Source of the DNA: Candidatus Kapaibacterium sp.
GTDB taxonomy: Bacteria > Bacteroidota > Ignavibacteria > Kapaibacteriales > UBA2268
Length of the DNA stretch: 64,000 bases
Reading direction: 5' to 3'
NCBI GenBank assembly: GCA_963664875.1
Contig: OY761611.1
Coordinates: 96,001-160,000, forward strand
Shown piece by piece: positions 9,980 through 18,912 of this stretch. The notes beneath the pieces are model-generated. The model was not told the origin of the DNA, did not search any database, and saw only the letters and a program-made list of their open reading frames with translations. The translations under genes were made by a program, and so were the position numbers. The stretch's first letter is position 1; each line of letters opens with the position of its first letter.

Positions 9980-12430
9980 ATGGCTGTACATAATTTAGAC
10001 CAAGAATCTCAGGAGATGTTAAATAATTTTGTCTCCGAAGCTCTTGATTCGTTGGACACCAACGAACCTTTAGTAGAAGAACTAAGAAATGAAGATAACG
10101 CAGAGTTCGTAAATGCTATTTTTAGAGTATTTCATACTTTAAAAGGTCTTTCCGGATTTTTTGATATGCAGGTGATTCACCATGTAACCCACGAAGCGGA
10201 AACTTTGCTTGATTTGATGAGAAAAGTCAATCGAGTGCAAGACGAAGACAGCATTTCGCTTATCTACTCATGTTTTGATTTCCTCAGAGCCTTGCTCGAT
10301 AAAGTTAGTGCCGAATTTACTGATGTTAGTGGGCATGACGAGGCAGAAGATTTAATCTTACTAATCAAAAACGAAATTGAAAAAGTTAAAGCAGGTAATG
10401 CTGCCGGAAGTAATCAGTTATCCGAAGAAGATTTCTTTAATTTCGAAGATGTTCCGGAAGAGACTTCAGAAGCAGCAAGTGCTGTGCAGACAGATTCTTC
10501 TAATCCGGAAGATGCATTTATGTTTGCCGATGATAATGATGATAGTGAGTCAGGTGGATTAGAAAGTTTAGTTTCGGATGAAATGTTGGGGCAGTATTTA
10601 AGTGATGCATTTGACTTGCTTGACACCTGCGAAAACAATCTGATGAAATTAGAAACTGAGCCCGATAATAAGCCACTCGCCGGAGAAACTTTTGGAGCTA
10701 TACACAGCCTCAAAGGGAATTCCGGATTTATGGGGTTTTCAGATATTGAAGAATTAAGCTCTGAAATGGAAACAATCCTTGATTCTGTAAGAAGCGGCGA
10801 TTTGGATATTGACGAAACAATCATTTCAATTTTACTTTCCAACGTAGAGGCGATTCGCAGCAAGCTGAAAGCCATGGCTGAAAATGGTTCTTCAGTCTCA
10901 GCAAGTGAAACTTCAAGTTCAGAAAATGAGCCTATCAGTGAAGACGACTTTTTCAATATTCCTGATGACACGGTATCAAAAGAGATAGCTGCAGAAGAAA
11001 ATGCAGAACCGGAAATTGAGGAATATGAAGAAAGTCTGGATGATTTCTTTATTGCTGCTCAAAATGATAATAATACTCAAGAAGTCTCTCATCAACAAGA
11101 AGAACAAAAAGAAAAAATGAAGCCGACAGCTTCTAAGAATGACGCCCCGGCTAAACCTGAAAAGATGGTTGTAGCAGAAAAACCAAAACCTGCTCCGCCA
11201 CAAGCTGCATCAAGTCCAAGACTTACAATGCAGAAAAAAGATATTAGAGTAGAAACTTCGAAGATTGACAAGTTATTTGATTTGGTGGGTGAGCTTATTA
11301 CTATCGAATCTATGGTAACTAATAATCCTGACCTAAAAGGTATGGATTTGCCAAACTTTGCTAAATCTGCAAATATGCTTAATAAAATAACCCGCGAGAT
11401 TCAAGAAGTTACTATGTCAGTGCGGATGATGCCTTTGGAAGGACTTTTCAATAAGATGAAAAGGCTTGTCAGAGACGTTTCTATCAAGATGAATAAAAAA
11501 GTTGATTTTGTCATTTCAGGTCAGGAAACTGAAATGGACAAAAACGTTATAGATGAAATTGCCGATCCACTAGTACATATTTTGAGAAATGCGATAGACC
11601 ATGGTGTCGAATCGCCTCAGGATAGAGCTGCAGCCGGAAAATCCGAAACCGGCAATGTATCTCTCAAAGCTAAGTACGAAGGTAATGAAATACTAATAGT
11701 TATAGAAGACGACGGTGCAGGAATAAACAGAGAAAGAGTCTTGCAAAAAGCAGAGGAAAAAGGTTTGCTTAGCGTACCTCCGGAAACGATGACAGATAGA
11801 GAAGTATTTATGCTTGTATTCGAACCCGGTTTTTCTACTGCTAAGCAGGTTACTGATATTTCCGGACGAGGTGTCGGAATGGATGTAGTCAAAAAGAATA
11901 TAGAAAAACTCAGGGGCAGCATTGACGTCGAAAGTAAGTATGGTAAAGGTTCAAAATTTACTTTGAGAATTCCTCTTACCCTTGCGATTTTGGACGCAAT
12001 GCTTATTCGCATAGGTGCTTCTATTTTTGCTTTGCCGATACTATCTGTTTCAGAATCGTTCAGAACGGAATTATCAACTATTTCCGAAACTATGGACGGC
12101 CTTGAAATGGTCAAAATCAGAGAAGAAATAATTCCTGTCGTTCGCCTCCACGAGTTATATAAAAAGGATCCTGATAGTAAAAACATAGATAACGGTGTGC
12201 TTATAATAGCTGAATCACGAGACAGAAAATTAGCTTTATTTGCCGATGAGATTGTGGGGCAGCAGCAGGCGGTTATCAAAGGATTTTCGCAATATATCGG
12301 CAAAGTACCGGGCATAACCGGTTGTATGATACTCGGAGATGGCGGTATCGGACTGATTATTGATATAGAAGGCCTTTTTGATATGGCTGAAAATAAAATT
12401 GAGTTTGCAAATGTAGAACAATACCTATAA
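9980..12430 (+). CDS. cheA: Chemotaxis histidine kinase CheA with two HPt domains
   Basis: Two P1 motifs (FRVFHTLKG, FGAIHSLKG), dimerisation IRVETSKIDKLFDLVGEL, HILRNAIDHG, GFSTA..ISGRGVGMDVV, C-terminal CheW-like domain. Confidence 0.96.
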   Translation: MAVHNLDQESQEMLNNFVSEALDSLDTNEPLVEELRNEDNAEFVNAIFRVFHTLKGLSGFFDMQVIHHVTHEAETLLDLMRKVNRVQDEDSISLIYSCFDFLRALLDKVSAEFTDVSGHDEAEDLILLIKNEIEKVKAGNAAGSNQLSEEDFFNFEDVPEETSEAASAVQTDSSNPEDAFMFADDNDDSESGGLESLVSDEMLGQYLSDAFDLLDTCENNLMKLETEPDNKPLAGETFGAIHSLKGNSGFMGFSDIEELSSEMETILDSVRSGDLDIDETIISILLSNVEAIRSKLKAMAENGSSVSASETSSSENEPISEDDFFNIPDDTVSKEIAAEENAEPEIEEYEESLDDFFIAAQNDNNTQEVSHQQEEQKEKMKPTASKNDAPAKPEKMVVAEKPKPAPPQAASSPRLTMQKKDIRVETSKIDKLFDLVGELITIESMVTNNPDLKGMDLPNFAKSANMLNKITREIQEVTMSVRMMPLEGLFNKMKRLVRDVSIKMNKKVDFVISGQETEMDKNVIDEIADPLVHILRNAIDHGVESPQDRAAAGKSETGNVSLKAKYEGNEILIVIEDDGAGINRERVLQKAEEKGLLSVPPETMTDREVFMLVFEPGFSTAKQVTDISGRGVGMDVVKKNIEKLRGSIDVESKYGKGSKFTLRIPLTLAILDAMLIRIGASIFALPILSVSESFRTELSTISETMDGLEMVKIREEIIPVVRLHELYKKDPDSKNIDNGVLIIAESRDRKLALFADEIVGQQQAVIKGFSQYIGKVPGITGCMILGDGGIGLIIDIEGLFDMAENKIEFANVEQYL

Positions 12431-12437
12431 AGAAATT

Positions 12438-12944
12438 ATGACTGAAAACTTAGACTTAGATATCTATAACTCTTCCGAGACAGAAGAGGATACACTCAAA
12501 GATCAATTTTTGTCATTTTCTTTGGGTAAAGAGTATTATGCTCTGGAAATTGTTTTTGTAACTGAAATCATCGGGATACAAAAGATTACTGAAGTGCCTA
12601 ATGTGAAAGATCATATAAAAGGAATTATAAATCTTAGAGGTATGATTATCCCGGTTGTGGATATTCGATATCGCTTCGGCATGAAAATGGTACCTTATAA
12701 CGATAGAACTTGTATTATAGTTGTAACGGTAAATGGATCTCAGATTGGTTTGATTGTAGATGAAGTGCAGGAAGTGCTGACTATAGCTTCAGACAAAATC
12801 TTTTCAGCTCCGCATACATATAAAGGCTCAAAAAGCAAATTTATAAACGGAGTTACAAAAATCAACGAGACAGTAGTTATACTTTTGGATATACAGAAAC
12901 TACTTTACGACGAAAAAGAATTAGTTGAAGAAGAAGCAGAATAG
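12438..12944 (+). CDS. cheW: Chemotaxis coupling protein CheW
   Basis: VTEII...ITEVPN...KGIINLRGMIIPVVD, GLIVDEV. Confidence 0.95.
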   Translation: MTENLDLDIYNSSETEEDTLKDQFLSFSLGKEYYALEIVFVTEIIGIQKITEVPNVKDHIKGIINLRGMIIPVVDIRYRFGMKMVPYNDRTCIIVVTVNGSQIGLIVDEVQEVLTIASDKIFSAPHTYKGSKSKFINGVTKINETVVILLDIQKLLYDEKELVEEEAE

Positions 12945-12948
12945 CGAT

Positions 12949-13821
12949 ATGGAAAATAAAATTGAAAGACTGAAAGAATTTCACTCTTCAGGTATCATAT
13001 CTATCAGCGATGAGGATTTTGATGCTATCAGAAAATATGTCTATAACACAATAGGCATCAATATCACTGAAGAAAAGAGAAATTTGCTGCAAAGTAGGTT
13101 GCAAAAAATACTAAGAAAAGAGTCATTTAAAAACTTTAAAGATTATTATGATGCTTTGGTTAGCGATTCCAGCGGTGTCGCACTTAGTGAACTTGCTAAC
13201 AACATTTCTACTAACTATACCTATTTTTATAGAGAAAACGAACATTTTGACTTTTTTGTAGATACTGCATTGAAAGAGATATTAAAAAAGAAAGTAGCAC
13301 AAAAAAGCAATGATATTCGTCTTTGGTCTGCCGGTTGTTCCTCAGGCGAAGAGCCATATACCTTAATGATGATGATGATGCAAAAAATGGGGGATATGTA
13401 CTCTAAGTTTGATGCAGGAATTTTAGCGACCGACATTTCACTGAAAGCTCTTACACTTGCGAAAGAAGGTGTTTATGAAAAAGACAAACTTAAACGCCTA
13501 CCGGAAGGTTATAGCAGCAAATATTTTGAAAAGCTTGACGAAGGCATTTTCAAAATCAAAAACATTGTCAAAAAGGAAGTTACATTTCGTAGATTCAATC
13601 TGATGAATGATATATTTCCTTTCAAAAAACAATTTGATGCTATTTTTTGTCGCAATGTGATGATATATTTCGATAATGACACTAGAGCTACTTTGGTCAG
13701 AAAGTTTTATGACTTTTTGGAAGATGGTGGTTATCTGTTTATTGGACACTCAGAGACAATAAGGAGAGGTATTGTAAATTTGAAGCCAATCGCTCCTGCT
13801 ATCTATAAAAAAGAGGGTTGA
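12949..13821 (+). CDS. cheR: Chemotaxis methyltransferase CheR
   Basis: TNYTYFYRE, WSAGCSSGEEPY, ATDIS, IFCRNVMIYF, GHSET. Confidence 0.96.
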   Translation: MENKIERLKEFHSSGIISISDEDFDAIRKYVYNTIGINITEEKRNLLQSRLQKILRKESFKNFKDYYDALVSDSSGVALSELANNISTNYTYFYRENEHFDFFVDTALKEILKKKVAQKSNDIRLWSAGCSSGEEPYTLMMMMMQKMGDMYSKFDAGILATDISLKALTLAKEGVYEKDKLKRLPEGYSSKYFEKLDEGIFKIKNIVKKEVTFRRFNLMNDIFPFKKQFDAIFCRNVMIYFDNDTRATLVRKFYDFLEDGGYLFIGHSETIRRGIVNLKPIAPAIYKKEG

Positions 13822-13822
13822 A

Positions 13823-14875
13823 ATGCCAAATAGAATTAAAGTTTTGATTATTGACGATTCCGCATTAGTTAGAGATATTTTGAAAAAAGGCTTAAGTGCT
13901 GATCCCATGATAGAAGTAGTAGGGGCAGCACCTGATGTTTTCGCCGGTAGGGATATGATTGTAAAACTTCGGCCAAATGTTTTGACGCTTGATGTGGAAA
14001 TGCCTAGAATGGATGGTATTGAATTTTTGAAAAAGCTAATGCCTCAGTTCCCTATTCCGGTTGTTATGGTAAGTTCGCTTACTCAAAAAGGTAAGGAAAT
14101 AACAATGCAGGCTTTAGATGCCGGGGCTGTAGATTTTGTATCCAAACCTGCATCTAACGTTGCAAGAGGCCTCAATGACATGATGCTCGAGCTTATAACA
14201 AAAATAAAAATAGCCTCTACTGCCAATGTCGCTCACTGGAAAAACAGAAAATATGAACCTACCCAGCCTAAGGTAAAACCTGCAGCTGCTTATGCACTTG
14301 CTGAGTCAACTGATAAAGTTATTGCTATTGGTGCTTCTACAGGTGGTACCGAAGCGATAAGAAAAGTAGTAGAATCTTTGCCTCCGACTACTCCGGGGAT
14401 TGTAGTGGTGCAACACATGCCAAAAGGATTTACTGATACTTTTGCAAAAAGATTAAACGAACTTTCGTACATGAATGTTAAAGAAGCGGAAGAAGGTGAT
14501 AAAATTCAATCCGGAAGGATTCTGATTGCACCTGGTGATTATCACATGGAAGTTGTCAGATCCGGTGGCTTCTATCATGTTAAGTTAAATCAAGAAGATA
14601 AAGTAAACGGACACAGACCTGCTGTGGATGTCCTATTTTCTTCAGTTGCCAAATATGTCGGAAAAAATGCATACGGTGTTATTTTGACAGGTATGGGTGG
14701 CGATGGAGGAAAAGGACTGAAAGAGATGAAAGATGCCGGGGCTAAAACAATAGGTCAAGATCAGGCAAGCTCTGTGGTTTATGGTATGCCTAAAGTTGCT
14801 TTTGAACTTGGAGGGGTTGACAAACAATATCCTCTTGATGATATTCCTCGTGCATTGATGCAGCTAATCAAATAA
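13823..14875 (+). CDS. cheB: Chemotaxis response-regulator methylesterase CheB
   Basis: N-terminal REC domain; GASTGG, VQHMP, HRPAVD, LTGMGGDG, VVYGMP. Confidence 0.96.
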   Translation: MPNRIKVLIIDDSALVRDILKKGLSADPMIEVVGAAPDVFAGRDMIVKLRPNVLTLDVEMPRMDGIEFLKKLMPQFPIPVVMVSSLTQKGKEITMQALDAGAVDFVSKPASNVARGLNDMMLELITKIKIASTANVAHWKNRKYEPTQPKVKPAAAYALAESTDKVIAIGASTGGTEAIRKVVESLPPTTPGIVVVQHMPKGFTDTFAKRLNELSYMNVKEAEEGDKIQSGRILIAPGDYHMEVVRSGGFYHVKLNQEDKVNGHRPAVDVLFSSVAKYVGKNAYGVILTGMGGDGGKGLKEMKDAGAKTIGQDQASSVVYGMPKVAFELGGVDKQYPLDDIPRALMQLIK

Positions 14876-14913
14876 AATTTGAGTCTTTACTTTTGTAAAT
14901 AATCTTTTGAAAT

Positions 14914-17235
14914 ATGTCCCAAAAAATTGAAAAATACAATCTTTCTATTCTGATAGCAGAAGATGACCCAACAGCACTTTTCTTACTGAAAAGAGTCTGC
15001 GAAAAATATATGGAGCGAGTCTATACTGCTGTAAACGGTGAAGAAGCTCTAAAACTATACACAGAACTTAATCCGGATATTGTGCTTACAGATGTAGCTA
15101 TGCCTATCATGGATGGTATGCGTCTAATAGCTAATATCAGGCAAAATGATAAAACTATTCCTGTGATACTTCACACAGCTTTTGGTGACAAAGATACCTT
15201 AGTAAGTTCAATCAGTTTAGGTGTTTCTAAGTACATACAAAAACCTAACGGTATGGAAGAGCTGCCACCTATTTTAGAAGAACTCTCAGCACAGTTGCTG
15301 CTAAAAAAGCAATTAGAAACTAAAAATAAAAGGATAAATATCCTTTTCAACGCAATTGAGCATAGCTCAACAATGGTAGCGATACTTGATCTGGAAGGAA
15401 AGATAGAATATGTAAATCCTATCTTTTTTGAAGTAATAAAAAAGAACTGCGAAGAGGTAATAGGTAATACTCCTGATAATATTTTTGAGTTTCAGGAAAA
15501 TATACCCTACTCAGAATTGATTTCTATTGCTAAAAATGGTGCGGAAGTTTTTTTAGAAGCAAAAGTTAAAGACGCTGATAGTGACATTTTTATCAAATTT
15601 ATTCTACATTCTGTGGAATTTGAGGGAGATTTGCATAACTATGTTATGCTAATCGACAATATTACAGATAGAAAGAAATACGAAGAAAGCCTAATCAAAT
15701 CAAAAGAAATATTAGAACAGAAAGTAAAAGAACGCACTATAGAATTGCTTTCTGCCAAAGAGCAGGCGGAAGAAGCAAGTAAAGCAAAAAGTCTTTTCCT
15801 TGCTAAAGTGAGTCATGAGCTAAGGACACCTCTCAATGGGGTTATAGGTATTGCCAGTTTACTTGTAGATACTGATCTTGATGATAAACAACAAAAATAC
15901 TTGCAAATAATAAGGTCATCTTCATTGTCTCTACTTGGAATTATTAACGATATTCTTGACTATTCCAAGTTAGAAACTACAGGGATGACTCTACATATGC
16001 AGAAAACTGACATACAGTCTAATCTTGATAATGTTTGCAATTTACTGCAGTTAGAGGCTCAAAAGAAAGGTATTCTTTTGGCAAGAGAGTTTGAATTGAA
16101 AGGTGCGCTGTATCTTGCCGATAGCAAAAGATTAGAACAAATAATTACTAATCTTGTTGGTAATGCTATTAAGTTTACTGAAAAGGGAAGCGTAACTTTA
16201 TGTGCAAAAATAACTGCGTCCACTCCAAAACAAGATGAAATCCTAATCTCCATTATTGATACCGGTATAGGTATCAAAAAAGAAAGTAATGTCAATATCT
16301 TTGATAGTTTTACTCAAGCAGAGCATACAATGACCAGGAAGTTTGGCGGTACAGGTCTCGGTCTGACAATCAGTAAAGATTTGATTGATTTGATGGGAGG
16401 TGAAATCTGGTATGAAAGCGAATGGGGAGTAGGTACAACATTTTACATTAAACTCAAACTCGACAAACACTTGGACAATTCCTTAGCTACTGTTCAAAAT
16501 ACTGAAACTGTTGATCTTAGTAATTTGAAAGGTAGTGTGTTATGTGCTGAAGATAGTCTTATCAATGTTGAGGTGTTCAAAGGCATATTTGCGACAACTA
16601 CTCTCGATGTTGTTTTCGTGTCAAATGGTGCAGAAGCGGTAAATATGCTCGGTAATAAAAATTTTGATTTGATTTTGATGGATGTCCAAATGCCTGAAAT
16701 GGACGGACTAACTGCCACCAAAATTATCAAAAGTGATCCTAAGTATAAACATATCCCAATCGTAGGTCTGACAGCACATGCTGCCAAAGAAAACAGAACC
16801 GAATGTTTGGTGGCAGGTATGCAGGATGTTATAGTCAAACCTGTAGAGAAAAACACACTACTTGAGAAGATATGTACTTATCTAAGTGTCGGCACAGACA
16901 GCTATGATTTAACGGGCTTGCTTGATTCAATAAATTATAACAACAACACGCTGAAGCGATTGATAGAGTACTTCGTCAAAAACCATAAAGTAGAGATAGA
17001 GGATATCGAAACTGCAGTCTCTAATGATGATTATAACAGTTTACACAGAATCATTCATAAAATGAAATCTGAGGTTGGCAATTTTGGAGCAAAGAACTTA
17101 GTTGCCTTATCTGCAGAGATTGAGCAAGCGATAAAATATGAAGAGTATGATGAAGTAAAAGATAAAATAATTGAGTTTAAAAAACTTCTAAATATTTTAG
17201 ATACTGATTTACAAAATTACCTGAACAACTTATGA
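14914..17235 (+). CDS. Soluble hybrid histidine kinase (REC-PAS-HisKA-HATPase-REC-HPt)
   Basis: AEDD/TDVAMP REC, PAS (IEYVNP), SHELRTPLNG, NLVGNAIKFT, DTGIG, GGTGLGL, second REC (MDVQMP), HPt HKMKSEVGNFGA; no transmembrane segment. Confidence 0.92.
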   Translation: MSQKIEKYNLSILIAEDDPTALFLLKRVCEKYMERVYTAVNGEEALKLYTELNPDIVLTDVAMPIMDGMRLIANIRQNDKTIPVILHTAFGDKDTLVSSISLGVSKYIQKPNGMEELPPILEELSAQLLLKKQLETKNKRINILFNAIEHSSTMVAILDLEGKIEYVNPIFFEVIKKNCEEVIGNTPDNIFEFQENIPYSELISIAKNGAEVFLEAKVKDADSDIFIKFILHSVEFEGDLHNYVMLIDNITDRKKYEESLIKSKEILEQKVKERTIELLSAKEQAEEASKAKSLFLAKVSHELRTPLNGVIGIASLLVDTDLDDKQQKYLQIIRSSSLSLLGIINDILDYSKLETTGMTLHMQKTDIQSNLDNVCNLLQLEAQKKGILLAREFELKGALYLADSKRLEQIITNLVGNAIKFTEKGSVTLCAKITASTPKQDEILISIIDTGIGIKKESNVNIFDSFTQAEHTMTRKFGGTGLGLTISKDLIDLMGGEIWYESEWGVGTTFYIKLKLDKHLDNSLATVQNTETVDLSNLKGSVLCAEDSLINVEVFKGIFATTTLDVVFVSNGAEAVNMLGNKNFDLILMDVQMPEMDGLTATKIIKSDPKYKHIPIVGLTAHAAKENRTECLVAGMQDVIVKPVEKNTLLEKICTYLSVGTDSYDLTGLLDSINYNNNTLKRLIEYFVKNHKVEIEDIETAVSNDDYNSLHRIIHKMKSEVGNFGAKNLVALSAEIEQAIKYEEYDEVKDKIIEFKKLLNILDTDLQNYLNNL

Positions 17236-17627
17236 AAACTTTAATTGTAGAAGACGATTATATTACCTCGCAAGTAATGCAGGAAATCATGTTTAACTAC
17301 GGCGAATGTGACATTGCCGAAAATGGTAAAATTGCAATCGAGCTATTTACTCAGGCTTTTGAGCAAGAGCAAAAATATGATTTGATATTTTTGGATATTA
17401 TGATGCCTGAAATGGACGGACAGGACGTGCTTGCTCTTATTAGGCAAATAGAAGAGCAATATGGAATTAAAGGTCTTGACGGTGTCAAAATAATAATGTC
17501 CACAGCATTAGACGATTATGCTAATCTGAGCAAAGCTTTTGGTAATCAGTGCGAAGGTTATGTGGTAAAACCTATAGAAAAAGAAAAAGTTATCAAAGCT
17601 CTTCGGACTGCCGGGCTGATTGATTAG
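17232..17627 (+). CDS. Single-domain response regulator (CheY-like)
   Basis: LIVEDD, FLDIMMPEMDG, MSTA, VVKP; ATGA overlap with the kinase gene. Confidence 0.9.
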   Translation: MKTLIVEDDYITSQVMQEIMFNYGECDIAENGKIAIELFTQAFEQEQKYDLIFLDIMMPEMDGQDVLALIRQIEEQYGIKGLDGVKIIMSTALDDYANLSKAFGNQCEGYVVKPIEKEKVIKALRTAGLID

Positions 17628-18228
17628 ACTTTCTGTTTTTTATATACCAATTAATAACTAAGCCTATTATTATAACTCCACCGATGGGTAATAATATCTT
17701 ACCGTACAGTTCCATATAGTGGAATATTTCTTCGAGGTGCTCCCCAAATAGGGCACCTAATGCTAATAGTATGCCATTCCATAATAATGCGCTAAGGGCT
17801 GAAAGCACTACAGTTTTCCAAAATATCAGATGGCTCATACCGGCAAAAAATGAAATAACTGCTCTTGTGCCTGACAAAAATCTATTAGCAATAATAAGAG
17901 CATACCCATATTTTTGGAACCAACCTTCTACTTTTTTTACTCCGTCTCTTGAAATAAAGCTAAAAACAGAACTATGCATGATTTTTTCATCAACATTTCT
18001 GCCAAGCAAAAACATTATAACAAAACCAACGACAGAGCCTAATGTAGTAGCAATCAATAGAGGTACAAAACCTACCGAGCCTATGGCTATCAATGTGCCG
18101 GCAAAGACAATCACAGAATCACCCGGAGCCGGAGGAAAAAGATTTTCTATAAGAGTAGTAAAAAAAGCAATCACCAGCACCCAAAACCACGGCACTGATG
18201 ATAAAATTTCTATTGTAGATTCGAACAT
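17593..18228 (-). CDS. DedA family membrane protein
   Basis: ENLFPPAPGD, RFLSGTR..ISFFAG motifs and hydrophobic helices. Confidence 0.9.
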   Translation of the reverse strand: MFESTIEILSSVPWFWVLVIAFFTTLIENLFPPAPGDSVIVFAGTLIAIGSVGFVPLLIATTLGSVVGFVIMFLLGRNVDEKIMHSSVFSFISRDGVKKVEGWFQKYGYALIIANRFLSGTRAVISFFAGMSHLIFWKTVVLSALSALLWNGILLALGALFGEHLEEIFHYMELYGKILLPIGGVIIIGLVINWYIKNRKSNQSARQSEEL

Positions 18229-18300
18229 TTTGCATATTTTTATGTTTATAATGCCCAAAAATAGCTAATTATTTTCTACTATCACAGATAAAAAATAGGT

Positions 18301-18912
18301 ATGACTAATTTATTTACCGACATATTAGACCATCCTCAAATTTTTGGCAAACAGCTTAAAACTTTAAGGCTGTCTCTTGAGTTTACTATCGAATTTGTTG
18401 CTTCCGAAACAGGTTTAAGTAAAAGTTTTATTTCGCTTGTAGAAAGCGGCAAAAGAAATATAAATCTGATAGATTTACAAAAATTGCTCAGGGTTTATCG
18501 TTATTCTGTTATACGTTTCTTTAGTGATACTGCTGATGCAGTAGAAGGTAAAAAGTACAATCCTGAGAGGAATGTACAAACAGAGGAGCACTCTATACTA
18601 ATCGAAGGGAGCAGAAATCCGGGGAAACATCATTTAATCCTAAAACGTCCTGTGTGCAATAAAGAAGATTTAGCAATATTAAATTTGTTTTTGCCGGCAG
18701 GTGTCGAATATCCTAAGGATTACTTTAGTTGTGATGCTGTAATCAGAGGCGTTGTGCTATCCGGTGAAATGCTCGTTCATTTTCAAGACGATGAGATTTT
18801 AATAAAAGAAGGCGAAGAATTTTCTTTTAATGGGGAAAGACAGCATGTCTTTAGAAATCATAAAAAGGAGAACCTTTCAGCTCTCCTGATTATACAATAT
18901 CCATATTTCTAA
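18301..18912 (+). CDS. XRE-family HTH regulator with C-terminal cupin domain
   Basis: LKTLR...VASETGLSKSFISLVESGKRN HTH; VLSGEM...GEEFSFNGERQHVFRN cupin. Confidence 0.85.
   Translation: MTNLFTDILDHPQIFGKQLKTLRLSLEFTIEFVASETGLSKSFISLVESGKRNINLIDLQKLLRVYRYSVIRFFSDTADAVEGKKYNPERNVQTEEHSILIEGSRNPGKHHLILKRPVCNKEDLAILNLFLPAGVEYPKDYFSCDAVIRGVVLSGEMLVHFQDDEILIKEGEEFSFNGERQHVFRNHKKENLSALLIIQYPYF

Noticed and set aside
10414-12315. Long antisense ORFs inside cheA (185 and 232 aa), and similar shadow ORFs throughout the window
   Set aside because: They lie opposite well-supported genes and have the Ser/Ile/Phe-rich composition typical of antisense frames.
13366-13380. (ATG)5 run giving MMMMM in cheR
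   Set aside because: A short in-frame triplet run in a hydrophobic helix; it cannot cause phase variation by frameshift.
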